Positions 39,101 to 51,399 of a stretch of DNA of 64,000 nucleotides are shown piece by piece; position 1 is the first letter of the stretch; each line of letters starts with the position of its first letter. The stretch lies in the NCBI GenBank assembly GCA_028534125.1, contig CM052816.1:25608001-25672000 (forward strand), written 5' to 3'. The stretch is from Lama glama (lineage: Eukaryota). The notes under the pieces were generated by a model. The model searched no databases. It was not told the DNA's origin and saw only the letters and a list, made by a program, of their open reading frames with translations. A program made the translations under genes and the position numbers.

Positions 39101-40079
39101 GGTGGAGAGGAAAACATAAGTAAAACTGTCTTAAAGAATAGAAACTTGGGGCTGTTATACTTCAAATACAAGTGGTTTTCAAACTTGTTTTGGCAGCAGA
39201 ATCCCTTTCCCAACTTCCTAGGCTAAAGAAAGTGAAACAGAGCTACCCCCCACTTAACTCAGCACCTCCTCTCAAAACAAGGAGGCCACTTGGAAAGAGA
39301 CTCCTCAGAGCCCAGGGCCTTGTTCTCTTTCTATCCCTAAACAAAATACTCATTTTTAAACTCGATTAATCACTTTTTGATTCTCCATAATAAATGTAAA
39401 AACCAGGATAATAGTAAAGAAAGACATTTTAGTAGCTCTAACAGGCTATGACCTTGAATACTACCCACCCTTATGAAGGGAGGCCAACCTTCTCCCACGT
39501 TTCAGAATTTCAATGTAGAGATATTTTTTGTTTTTTAATCTTGGCAGATGTTTGTGTTCCTCAGTGGTGAATTTCTCTACATGCCTTTCAACACCTGCCA
39601 TCCATGGAGAAGCCAACCTATTCAAGTTAGTACTCATTATCCTTAAAGTAAGATCAGCTGGGATCCTATTATGGGCCTGGTCTCGATGACTAATATATCC
39701 TATTTTTAATCTCTCAGCACTGATTTTTAAGATTTTTAAGTCATCTTTTATACAATGGGGAGTAATAAAAAGAATATTGGAGCAGAGTGAAAAAATTAGA
39801 ATATGACAACAGTGAAATAGTGTGTGAAATATCTTTGAAAATGTGTTGTATTATTCTTTGATTTATAAAGACGTTTTGTTTGAGGGCCCATTATGTGCCA
39901 GGGACTGGGCTAGGTACTGGGGACGCAGTGGTGAACTAAACTGAATCTCTCTCCTCATAGTGCGTACATTCTAATAGAGACAAATCGAGCCATAGATTTA
40001 CTCTTGTTACTGTTTTCTATTACGTCATCATCATCATTGTTATTAAATAGAGCAACTTGGCCTATTTGTGCCATGCCTA

Positions 40080-40265
40080 ACATTTGGATTGTGAACATAG
40101 CATGTTTGAAGTTCAAAGGTAAAGACTTGGGTTTGTGTCTTGCCTCCGATACTACCTTGATAGATTCACAAGCAAATCAGTTCATTTTACCAGAGACACT
40201 TCCTCATTTGTAAATGTGGGATAATAATAATACTTAAGTCGTCAGAGTGTTTTCAGTATTTTTTA
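40080..40265 (+). mobile_element. MIR SINE
   Basis: aagacttgggtttgtgtcttgcctcc...ttcctcatttgtaaatgtgggataataataatactt. Confidence 0.6.
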
Positions 40266-41249
40266 ATATGGAAAATATAGTCTATATATCTTAAAGTGCA
40301 ATACAATACTACACCGACAGTTATATATCTGTTCATATGGTATCTTTCTACAGAGAAGCACAGTGTGGTGTCCTCACTTTAGCTAATTAAGGTATCTTTT
40401 TTTTCTAAACATATGGTAAAAAAAATTAACTGGAAACAGTGTTCACTGTTCCAGATAATATGAATTGTGTTCATGTTGCAACATTTAAGCTACATACATA
40501 GCCATGAATTGGCCAGTGTTTTGCCAACAGCAGAGTAAATGACAACAATTCACATATCAGTTCTCCATTGTTCTGATTACAACCTTGTACATGGGGATGA
40601 TTCATGGTTTACTTGCTTTTCAAGTCACAATTTCATGCAGCATCATTTATCTTCTATCAGCAATTTATACTCAGACCAAGAATCCACGTGCTGATCTCTT
40701 GTATGTCACATTATTTCTAGTCTTGCACAGCCTCATTCAGACTGTAACATCTTTAATGTAAATGGTGCAGATGGCCTTGAAAAACACGAAAACGCAAACT
40801 TTCATTTATGTCTACTTTATGACCATAATTATTTTGCCTAGTAGAGAGAGTCTTGTTCCATGCTAGGGGCAGAGTAGTTTCTTCAGTAATTTTTATCCAC
40901 TGAATATTGTAGTGTGTGTTATCATGTGTTTATATTTCACATATCAAAACCAATCTAATTCCAGGAGAACCACATGGGTTAGAACCATAGATTTGAACCA
41001 AATAAGAAAAGACAGATGATAGAAAGAGGGTGGTCTTTAAGATGGGCATTCATTGATTCATATTTTCATTCAGGAAGCATGTTACAGATGCTTACTGTGT
41101 ACCAGGTCCTGTACTAGGACCAGGGGTACACGTTCCCTGTCCTCAGGTAGAAAGAATTTAGTGAGTGAGTGAATGACATAAATAGTTACAAAACGCAAAT
41201 AGGGGTAGTGGGAAGAGGGCATGAGGAAAAGGCATGGAAACACATAAAT

Positions 41250-41485
41250 TAGTGCAGTCTAGAACAGGCAAATCCACAGAGAAAGATTTGTGAACGGGGA
41301 GGTGGAGGGATTGGGGAACTATACTTCTAACAGAATGGGATTTATTTTAGGGCTGAGGAAAATGTCCTGAAGTTAGGTACTGGAGTTGGTTGTACAACCT
41401 TGTGAAAAATATTTTAAAAACCACTGAATTGGTATACTTTAAAAGGGTAAATGTTATATGAATTACACCTGAATTTTTTTAAAGC
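41250..41485 (+). mobile_element. L1M 3' end fragment
   Basis: tctagaacaggcaaatccacagag...gaaaatgtcctgaagttag...ggttgtacaaccttgtga...aaaccactgaattggtatactttaaaagggtaaat. Confidence 0.75.
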
Positions 41486-41532
41486 ACAGAATGCAGGTTC
41501 AGGAGAACCATGAATTTTCCAATGTAAGTGGA

Positions 41533-41973
41533 TGTATTAGGTTCCAGGATTACAATAACAAAATACCACACACTGGGTGAATGTGTGGCTTGAAATAACA
41601 GAAATTTATTGTCTCATGGTTCAGGAAGATGGAAGTCCAAAATTAAGACATTGAAAAGCCCTGTTCCCTCTGTAACTCATGAAGGAGACTCCTACCTTCC
41701 CTCTCCCCAGCTTCCAGTGAAACCCATCAACCTTTGTTATTTCTTGGCTGGGACCTGCATCCTTCCAGTCTCTGCCTCTGTTGTCACATGGTGTTTTCTC
41801 TAGGTCTGTTTCCAAATCTCTTATTAGGACACTGGTCATTTGGGTTAGAGCCTATCCTGGTGACTTCATCTTAACTTGATCATACCTGCAAAGACTCCAT
41901 TTCCAAATCAGGTCACATTTTGAGGTTTCAGGAAGGACATGAATTGGAAGGGAACGCTATTCAACCCCTAACA
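41533..41973 (-). mobile_element. MaLR solo LTR (MLT1 family)
   Basis: tgtattaggttccagg...aacaaaataccacac...aacagaaatttattgtctcatggttcagg...catcttaacttgatcatacctgcaaagac...gctattcaacccctaaca. Confidence 0.85.
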
Positions 41974-41974
41974 C

Positions 41975-43691
41975 TGGAACATAGAGGAGAAGAATGTTAG
42001 GACTTGATGATGTACCTATAATGCTGTATTAGGAGTTTGTTCTTAAATTCCTAGGCAAAATGTAGTTTTGATTTTTTGAGCTGGGAAACTAACAACTACA
42101 TGTTAAGAGAATTAGTCTGGTGATAACTGGTAGGATGATGTGGATTTAAAAGAGACAAGAATTAGAAAAACCAAAAAGGAAAGTTATAGAGAACATTGAG
42201 GAGGGAAAATCCTCAACTTGAACAAGGAACCCATACCCCCACTGTTACCATTTCAAAAAATCCACAATATTCTGTAATTAGCCTGCCTCCAGGGCTTAAG
42301 AATGGTAAAATGCTGATTATTAGTATTGATTGTTTTGTGAAAAATTATACAGTGGAAATGTATTTGCCTTGCTCACCAGTAGAAACACAGAGAAGTAGAG
42401 ACATTTAGAGAATATTTTAGGAGATGAAATTCTGAGAATTTGATGCTGGATTAGATATGCTGAGGAAGAAGATACCAAAGAAGGCTTCTGGTTTGTAGTT
42501 TACATGAGTATGTAAATCATTCACTGAAGTAAGGGATGTTGGAAGAGGACCAGTTTGGGATTGGGGATGGAGGTAGAGATGATGAGTTTAGTATTGCACA
42601 AGCTGAATTTGAGATGCTTTTGATATGTATTTAGTGGTTATGTAAAGGATCTGAAGCGCACTGGTTTGTGTATAGAAGATAAATGGAATTAGAATATGGA
42701 TAAGATCTAGAGTAGAGAGTACCTAGTATCATGAGGGGCTCTGAATTGAAGATCAGGGGGAAGATGAGCCTGCAAATTACACAGATTGGGAGAGACAAGA
42801 GAGGAAGGAAGAAAACAGCAGAATTTCTCTACTGAAAGCAAGAGAAGGGGCCATTTTAGATGAAGACCATGGTCAGTAATGTCCAGTGCTATTGAGAAGT
42901 CAAGATGAAGATTTGGCTGCCTGGAGATAACTGATGACTCTAACCAGTTACTTACCATTCCTATGCTGATAACTCCCAAATGTAAAACTCTAGTCCAGCT
43001 CTTTCCTAAACCCCAGAATCATATCAGTACTTCATTCCTTTTTATGACTGAATAATATTCCATTGTATGGCTATACCAAACCTTGTTTATACATTCATCA
43101 GTTGATTGACATCAGGTTATTTCCACCTTTTGGCTCTTATGAATAATGATGCTGTGAGTATTCATGTCTTGTTTGAACATATGTTTTCCTTTCTCTTGGG
43201 TGTGTACCTAGGAGTGCAATTGCTGGATCATAGGGTAACTCTGTTTAATGCTTTGAGGAACTGCCAGATTGCTTTCCAAAGCAGTACCCATTATCTCTTG
43301 GCAAGATTACAGCACCAACATTGTTACTGCTCATCTTGCTTCCATCCTTGCTCCCCTACAGTCCATTTTGTCTGCTTGCATCCCTCCAGTGTATCCTCGG
43401 TTTAGTCAGAATAAAGCCAAAGCACTTGGAATTACAGGCTCCCACACAATCTGGCCCAGTGTGATCTGATTAGTTTTATCTCTTGCTATGCCTCCTCCCC
43501 TTGCTTGTTCCCTCTTTATCTCTTAGCTGTTCCTTGCATGCACCAAGCACACTTCCACTGCTTATCTGCTCCCTCTTCCTGGAACAGACTTCCCACTATA
43601 TCCATAGTGCTTTCTCCTTACCTCCTCAGGTCTTTATTCATATGTCTCCTTCTCAGTGAGGCAGTGAATACTCCATTAATCCTTTCCTGCC

Positions 43692-43743
<52 letters not shown>

Positions 43744-44030
43744 ATTTTTATCCATCATATTTATTACCACTGAATGTATTGTGTAGGTTGTATTATATCT
43801 GGTTTCCCCCCACCAGAAAGCTAGCTCCATAGAGGTAGGGATTCTTAGGTTTTGTTCAATGCTGTAGCTTTAGGGCCTAGAGTATATAGTAGGATTAAAG
43901 AAAAATTTGATGAGTGATTGAATGATTATGTGTTGAGCCTGGCAGCCGTACTGGAAGAGGTCAAGTAATGAATGGGAAGTGAGGACAAGAGTCAGTGAGA
44001 GTAGATACACTTCCAGTTTGAGAATGAGAG
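41975..44030. mobile_element. Nested L2 cluster: a minus-strand L2 interrupted by a plus-strand L2 (~42945-43925), which contains an L1M fragment (~43015-43290)
   Basis: Purine-rich minus-L2 motifs (gatgagtttagtattgcacaagctgaatttgagatgc) stop at ~42945 and resume at ~43940. The plus L2 ends aaaaatttgatgagtgattgaatga. The L1 piece reads cagtacttcattcctttttatgactgaataatattccattgtatgg. Confidence 0.65.
43695..43740. repeat. (TG)23 microsatellite
   Basis: Perfect TG dinucleotide run. Confidence 0.97.
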
Positions 44031-44129
44031 ACTGAATGTACACCAGTCCCTCTGCCTTCTCTCCTGTTACCGGAGATTAAGGGTCCATGTTCTTAACTAA
44101 GGCCAACTCTCCACATGTACCCAGGTTCT

Positions 44130-44618
44130 TGTTGGGAGGAAAAAGTTTTTCTCTACCAACTTAGATACAGATATTCAGAGGCCTGAAAATAAACAGATTA
44201 ACTGGAGAAAAGACGAAGTTTCCTTAAAAAGAGCACATAGGAGTTGCTTAGTGATGACTAACTCACAAGATGGCTAGAGATAAAGGTTTATATACCAGCT
44301 TAACAAAGAGCAGTGGGAAGGTCTGGAAGATTCTACTGGGCTTTTTGGTGCTAATGGAAATGGGCAGTCTATCTCCTTCCTGGCTGGGAATTTCTTCCTG
44401 GTGGAGGATGGGGAGTATGGCAGCTGAATTCCTGTTTCCTAGTAGTGAAGGTCACCCTTCTTTCAAACAGAAAACTCCTTCAGAGGGGGGTCAGTGAGCA
44501 GCTATATTTTCAGGAGGTTTTGTTTATTTAGATAATGTCTTTCTGTGACTGCTGTCTATTCAGAGGTTTTCAGTTTAAAATAATCTTCCGACCACTTTGG
44601 TAGGCTGCTCTTCCTTCA
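44130..44618 (-). mobile_element. ERV1-type solo LTR
   Basis: tg...ca bounded; gaggcctgaaaataaacagattaactggagaaaa resembles the corresponding end of the LTR at 14940; interrupts an L2 fragment. Confidence 0.65.
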
Positions 44619-44846
44619 GTCCCATCCCCTGTAGCCTGCACAGACAGATGCCCTTGATGCACCCTGTCAGGAAACCAGTCACGGAGAAAACCACATGATG
44701 GTCCCCCTGGATGCTGAGCATGGTGCAGGGTCCTGGTCAGGGACATCACCCCTGCAAAGATCTCCGTTCAATCCTGCATCATTAATTTTCCCTTCTCAGC
44801 CACATCATCTTGTTACATACAAACATTCTGTTATTCTCCCCAGTTT

Positions 44847-45626
44847 GTTTTTTTTTAAATAATAATACCCAGATACGTTTATTGAATAAATAACCGTAAG
44901 CTACTACAAGATACTGAATATAGTTCCCTGTGCTATACCATTTAAACTTGTTTATCTATTTTATATCTATTAGTATCTACAGATCTCAAACTACCAGCTT
45001 ATCCCTTCCCACCCCCTTCCCCCCGGTCACTGTAAGTTTGTTTTCTATGTCTATGAGTCTGTTTCTGTTTTGTGAATAAGTTCATTTTTTTTGATTCCAC
45101 ATATAAGTGATATCATACGGTATTTATCTTTCACTTTCTGGCTTACTTCACTTAGAATGACAGTCTCCAGGGCCATCCATGTTGCTACAAATGGCATTAT
45201 TTTATCATTTTTTATGGCTGAGTAGTGTTCCATCGTATAAACATACCACAACTTCTTTATCCAGTCTTCTGTCAATGGACATTTAGGTTGTTTGCATGTC
45301 CTGGCTATTGTAAATAGTGCCGCTATGAACATTGGGGTGCAGGTGTCTTTCTGAATTAAGGTTCCCTCTGGATATATGCCCAGGAATGGGATTGCTGGAT
45401 CGTATGGTAAGTCTGTTTTTAGTCTTTTAAGGAATCTCCATACTGTTTTCCACAATGGCTGCACCAAATTACAAGTCCACCAACAGTGTAGGAGGGTTCC
45501 TTTTCTCCACACTCTCTCCAGCGTTTATCGTTTGTGGACTTTTGAGTGATATCCATGCTGACTGGTGTGAGGTGATACGTCATTGTAGCTTTGATTTGCA
45601 TTTCTCTGATAATTAGTGATACTTGG
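44847..45626 (-). mobile_element. Young 5'-truncated L1 (ORF2 C-terminus plus 3' UTR) with TSD
   Basis: ORFs 45419..45601 and 45051..45512 encode the ORF2p end ([39 protein letters not shown]...ETVILSEVSQKVKDKYRMISLICGI). Near-TSD tctccccagttt (44835-44846) / tcttcccagttt (45627-45638), the latter followed by t/aaa. Confidence 0.95.
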
Positions 45627-45727
45627 TCTTCCCAGTTTTAAATAAAGTAAAAACCATTGGCTTTAGTAGAAAAATTTAAATATATACTGGGTACTGGATG
45701 ACACCTAGGAATTACTGTGAGTATAAT

Positions 45728-46306
45728 TGTTACCAGACTCAGATTTGGCTGCTTGCTGCTCAAAAGCCAATACTCGAGAGATGAGTATTGGTTGGAAAGG
45801 GAAAGTTGCTTTATTCAGGATGCTGGCAACCTGGGGAGAAAGCAGAATTATGTCCAAAAATCAACTCCAAAGATTCTGCTCAGCCATGAAAGTTTTTAAA
45901 GGGAGAATCATTTAAGGAGGGGTCAGAGTCTTTGTTTTCTTCCACTGTGTACCGACTTTCTTCTGATTGATTGGTAGTGATGTTCCAGGAATCTTGTGCT
46001 CAGCCTGAAGTCACCCTCCTCCACCTGGGTGGGGGCCTTAGTTACCACAGAAGAACTCAAAGATGTTGTTATGTCTATTTCTTGTGGAGGAACCAGGACC
46101 CTGCCCCAGGGCTGCACTGTTCTTTCCTAACTGCTCCTTTGTGTCTGCATTCCATCCTTTCCCTGATGAGCAATGTTTGAATGTGCCCTTTGGAACTCAG
46201 GGAAGGTCAAGGGGGCTGAATGAAGCCTATTTCCTATAAACAAGAAATGGGAGACACAGAAAGGATTTGTACCCAGGAGGGCCCCACAAGGTCCTGCTCG
46301 GTTTCA
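45728..46306 (-). mobile_element. ERV1 solo LTR
   Basis: tgttaccagactcag...gctttatt (aataaa on minus)...ctgattgattgg...aggtcctgctcggtttca; 4-bp flanks taat/tagt. Confidence 0.8.
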
Positions 46307-47386
46307 TAGTCACAGGAGACCACAACAAGATCAATAAACACAGAAGGCCCTCTGTTCATCCTAATTTACAGCAAGTCCTGTCTTCTCCCACAAGCTTGGA
46401 ATGAAGTCTGCACAGAAAGGGAGAGAAAAACTAAGGGTTCAGACCAGTGAAGGGCCTGGAGAAAGTGAAGCAGTGCTCAGGGAGACTGCCCTAGGACTGC
46501 CAGGAAGGCACCTCTGTGTGCTTAGAGGAAAAGCTTAGTGAACTGTGATGCCTGGAACTTTTGCCATTGTCTTTGGTTAAAACATTTAAAATTAGGTTGT
46601 GGATTATTTTGTCTTGATAAAAAGTTGACTTAATTTTAAGGGACTAATTATGAATACATAGACTTATGAAGTTAAAAATAAACAAACAAACTAGGCAGCA
46701 ATCCTAATTTTAATCTAGGAAATTGTGTAATAAATTTTCGAAGACTTGAAAAACTAAGTTAAATAATCAATATTCTGCATTGACTATATAACCCATCAGA
46801 AGGAAATAGCTTTTGGAATAAAAGAGCAAGCATAAATGTAATCAGCCAAGTTGTCAGATTCCCCCAAACCATTTTGGTGTTCTAAACGCCAATCCCCAGA
46901 CCATCCTTAGATTAAGAACAGAAAAGAAAATACTAGCACTTACTTCTATAACTTACTTAATATTAATGGTCTTAAACACTCATAAACACAACCTAGAAAT
47001 TGCCAATCCTGCACTTCTGTTAGTTGCCTTTCCCTGCACAAAGCGTATACATTCTGTATTAATTTCCTAGTTAATTCAAAACTAGCTAGTGTGTTTCTAT
47101 AGATAGATATCACCAAAGAGGAGGAAAAAATGGTGAAAAAAAAAACTGTCTTATGGTTGTTGTTGTATTACTGTTCTCAGCAATGGATTAAATTATATCC
47201 AAAATACCAGTGCATTACTAATTCCTGGAAAAATGACCTCACAGTGAGGGGCTTCTCTAAATCACTAGTGGGTTTTAGGCAAACCTCCTTAAGCTGCCAG
47301 ATTTAAAAGAAAAATCTGCTGGGGACCAGTCCGAGGCATAGGCATCCTCCACATAGGAGGGCACAGCCAATGGTTGAGACAGATAT

Positions 47387-48130
47387 TGTTGTGTAATAAA
47401 GAATTTAACTGGCCTTTGTCCCCTCTTCCTAGGAGGGAGTCGCTAAATCCTTGGAATTTCCAAAAGGAAAGGAGTGTCTTTGTTATTCATGGTGGGCCCC
47501 TTGGGCCACATTGGGAATTATGCCAATGAGGTGACTCCTGGTGAGCCCTTGGGTAATTTCAGGATGCAGGCTACTGTGCTTGAGAAACTAGCCATGTGAT
47601 GAGGAGGTTGAGGCTTTGAGCCATGCATTTATAAGCCCAACTTCCCAACTTGTAAGAAGGGGAAGGGGGTTTAAGATTGAGTTTACATGGCTAGTGATTC
47701 AGTCAGTCAAGACTATGTCATGAAACCCCAATAAAAACTCTGGACATCTGAAGCTCCCGTGAGCTTCCAGGTGATTGATACTTAACAATGTGCTAGGTGG
47801 ATCACGCATCATGAGGACAGGGAACGTTTTTGTTTTGGATCCTCTCAGACCTCACCCGCTGTGTCTCTTCATTTGGCTGGTTCCAGTTTGTAGGCTTTAT
47901 TATAAAATTACAATCCTAAGTATAATGCTTTCCTGAATTCTGAGTCATTCTTGCAGATTATAGAACCTGGGGAGGTAGTGGGAAGCCCCAAATTTGTAGC
48001 CAGTGGGTCAGAAGTATGAGTGGCCTAAGAGCCTGCAACTGGTGTCTGAAGTGAGGGGAGTGTGGTGGAGCACTCCACCCTCCACCCGTGAAATCTGACC
48101 CAGCTCCAGAGAGTGAAAGTCAGAATGGCA
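47387..48130 (+). mobile_element. MER21-like LTR
   Basis: ggcctttgtcccctcttcctagg...taaatccttggaatttcc...gtgtctttgttattcat...atgaaaccccaataaaaactctggac...ccccaaatttgtagccagtgggtcagaagt. Confidence 0.75.
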
Positions 48131-48329
48131 CAGCAGATACATACACAGAAAACTTGAGCACCTGCAGTAAGTGCTAACAGGGGCCATGCACTGAGAAGGT
48201 GCAGGGGGCACACGGAGAGGTGCACAGAACCCTTTCTAAGGATGAGTAACACATTTAGCAATTGTCTCTTGCGATGACTCTAAGAATGTTTGTTTTGTAA
48301 AAATGGAAAGTAAAAGGAAGAAAATAAAA

Positions 48330-49850
48330 TCTCCCAACTGAAGACGATCAAATCAATGTTTATATTCCTGACATATTTTCTTCTACACGTCTTTTTAATG
48401 GATTTTTACATATTTGAAGTAATGCTATAAATGTGATTGTTTTTATTTCCACTTAGTATGTCCACCATCAACATTATTTTTTGACATTAAAGACTCATCA
48501 GAGATTTTCATTTAAATGGCTACACAACACACTATCGTATAGATAGGATGTAGTTTATATAAAACTTTTGCTAACTTTGAGCCCTTGGGTTGCTTCTGGC
48601 TTTTGATATAACAAATCTTGCTAAGATGAATCTTTATGTATAAATCTTCGTCCACATTTCTGATTATTTACTTAAGGTAAACTTTAAAAAACAATGTCTG
48701 ATCTTATTTCTTACTCTTAGAAAATCTGATTTTTGATTGGCCTCAGACTTCAAGTCAGAAGCTCTCAGACAAGACAGCCTCTATCTCTTGGCAATTTGTT
48801 CCTGGCATTTTCCTTTGGTGTCCTTCATCCTCTTGGCCAGTGGTTAGCATATCCTGTGGCTTCTTCCTTTTTTTTAATTAGTACACTGTTTCTTTAGAGC
48901 AGCAAGCTGACTTTGGTCTTGCAGGACAGGTGGAATAATGTAACACTGAATCTTGGGCACCGAGGTTTCTCACCTTCTCTGTTTAGGGGCATTCCACAGC
49001 ATACTGGGGACGTCATCTTCTTTATACAGATTGAAAAATTTGTGGGTTCAGCCAGCTCTTGGGGTACTAGGCGTTGAAGCACAGTAATACAAGTACAGCC
49101 AAAAATATCTTTGTCCTTCCCCCTCCTTTTTTTAAAACAGTAACCAAATTGAGAACACTCAGATTGGCATATACTAGGCATCCCCTGAGCAGATTTGTTC
49201 TTTCTTTCTCTCATGCTCCTTAATCTATTACAGAAGTGCCCCTTACTCAGGAGCGGGTGCACTGGCTGTGGGTCACAACACCCAGCCTTGTGGAGAAACC
49301 TGTTCCTGCCACCAATTCGGACCATATAGCCCTTCCTTTCTTCACCGAGAGCATAGGCGGCAGCTTCTGGAGCTAAACACTTCTCATAGAAGGTTCAAAG
49401 TTTGCATGCGTTGTCCACTTCAATGAGTTTCTGGCAGCCCATCATTGGGAAAGAGATGTTCAGCTTTCTCTTGAAACAGCCTCTGAGGCACCACAGCAGA
49501 GGGTGATAAACTCTTGAAGTAGAATTCCTGAGTTTAAAGGATTTGTTTTTATAACTCCTGAAACCTGATGCCAAACTGATTTACAGAAATAGGAATTTGT
49601 ACTCCTGCCAGGCATGTGCAGTTGTCTAACTTAAAGCTCATTTGCCAAAACTAAATCATTTACTTAAAAAGTTGGAAATGTAATAGTCCGTCAAAACGTA
49701 TTGCTTTAATATGCATTCATTTCACAACTTGTGAGGTCAGCTGAATATTTTTTCATACCTCTTAATTAATTGTACTTTTTCGGTTTGAGAACTTTGTTCT
49801 GAGTATTCACTGGGATCTTAAGTGTTTAGCTAGTTGTTAAATATATATAT
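48330..49850 (-). mobile_element. Old L1ME-type fragment split by the RPS6 retrocopy
   Basis: ...gggttgcttctggcttttg...ctgattatttacttaaggtaaact ends at ~48683 and continues at ~49505 as gataaactcttgaagtagaattcctgagtttaaagg...tgccaaactgatttacagaaa. Confidence 0.6.
48695..49503 (-). pseudogene. RPS6: Processed pseudogene of 40S ribosomal protein S6 (eS6)
   Basis: Intronless minus-strand copy with an RPS6-like 5' UTR (cctctgctgtggtgcctcagaggctgtttcaag) and the start codon replaced by AGA at 49469. Reads [58 protein letters not shown] and PLNREGEKPR, then a frameshifted C-terminus (...QEQIAKR*RLSCLRAS...) and the short 3' UTR aaataagatcagac. Confidence 0.95.
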
Positions 49851-50247
49851 AATACATACACTACAGATTTTTTTCTACAAAAGACTGATTGATGTTAAGA
49901 TAGGGTGTTAGCCTTTTATGAAGTTACGATATTTACAAGTCATGGGTTTTTTCCTAACTTTCATGTTTTATATCTTTGCATATTGAGGATTATGTTTTTG
50001 TGAAGTTAAAAAAAATGTTATGATATTTTTGTTTATGCTTGTGTGTTACTCAGATGGCCTTTTCAGAAGGGACTCTGCCCAGTGACCAGGTGTATGCTTA
50101 GCTGCAGCCTCCAGGTGTTAGGCCTTTCAGGTTTTACCTCAGCTTTTGAGCTAAGGGCTCACTATTTTCAGGATGATTTTCAGCCAGTGAGAGAGCAAGG
50201 CAGTAGTTTAAAGCCTGGCCATTTCTGCCCAAGGCGGAAACAACAAT

Positions 50248-50616
50248 TTTTAAAGATTCTATCATATATAGTTATTATAAAATATTGACTAAATTTCCAT
50301 GTTGTTCAATATATCCTTGTAGCTTATATGTAACAGTTTCTACCTCTTACTCCCCTACCTCTATCTTGCCCCTCCCCTCTTCCTTCCCCCTACTGGTAAC
50401 CACTAGTTTCTTCTCTGTATCTGTGAGTCTGCTTCTTTTTTGTTATATTCACTAGTTTGTTGTACTTTTTAGATTCCACATATAAGTGATACCATACAGT
50501 ATTTGTCTTTCTTTGACTTATTTCACTTAGCACAATGCCCTCCTAGTCCATTATATTGCTACAAATGGCAAAATGTTGGGGGGTTTTTGGCTGAGTAGTA
50601 TTCCATTCCATATATT

Positions 50617-50660
<44 letters not shown>

Positions 50661-50915
50661 ACACACACACACACCCACACACATCTTCATTCATCTACTG
50701 ATGGACACTTAGGTTGCTTGTAGAGCTTGGCTATTGTAAATAATGCTGCTCTGAGTATTGGGGTGCATATATCTTTTCCAATAGTGTTTTAGGTGTTTTA
50801 CCTATACACCCAGGAGTGGAATTGCTGGGTCATATGGTGGCCCTATTTTCAGAATTTTTGAGAAACCTCCATACTGTTTTCCACAGTGGCTGTACCAATT
50901 TACATTCCCACCACA
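50248..50915 (-). mobile_element. L1 3' region with internal (TA)n(CA)n microsatellite (~50619-50682)
   Basis: ttagattccacatataagtgataccatacagtatttgtctttc...ggagtggaattgctgggtcatatgg...gagaaacctccatactgttttccacagtggctgtaccaatttacattccca. Confidence 0.9.
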
Positions 50916-51399
50916 CAATGAATATTTGTTGAATCATTCATTGAATGAGACAGGAAAAACCATTATAAGCCTATTACTTATTTAGACTTGAGAAGGTAAT
51001 TCCCAGAAGAACTAAAAAATCAAAAAGGTTAAAAAATTGCTGCTGGAAATGGGCCTAAATGTGGAAAAGGCTACATGGGAAAGGGATGCTTTTCTTAAAA
51101 ACCCTCTTCCCCTATTTGATTGTTTCTATCTTGAACGTGTATTACTATGATAAAAATTCAAAATACTTTTAAATAAGCCAAGATGGCTGGAAAATCATGG
51201 AATGATAACAGTGTAGGCAGGCTAGCCAACAACAATTTGCTTTATAGTAAATTGCTCTAAATATGTTTTGGGAGCAAACTATTGAATCTGCTAATGGTAG
51301 ATACAGATGGTACAAAACAATAAACTTCTTTTTGGTGTTGGATGTAATTTTAAATAGAATCTCTTTTATCATGCTTGAAAGGGACTTCAATCTACTTAC

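Noticed and set aside
43505..43830. ORFs with CVCVCV / HTHTHT runs
   Set aside because: Translations of the (TG)n microsatellite within L2.
48894..49325. 143-aa Cys-rich ORF as a novel gene
   Set aside because: It lies inside the RPS6 processed pseudogene and is a frameshifted mosaic of it.
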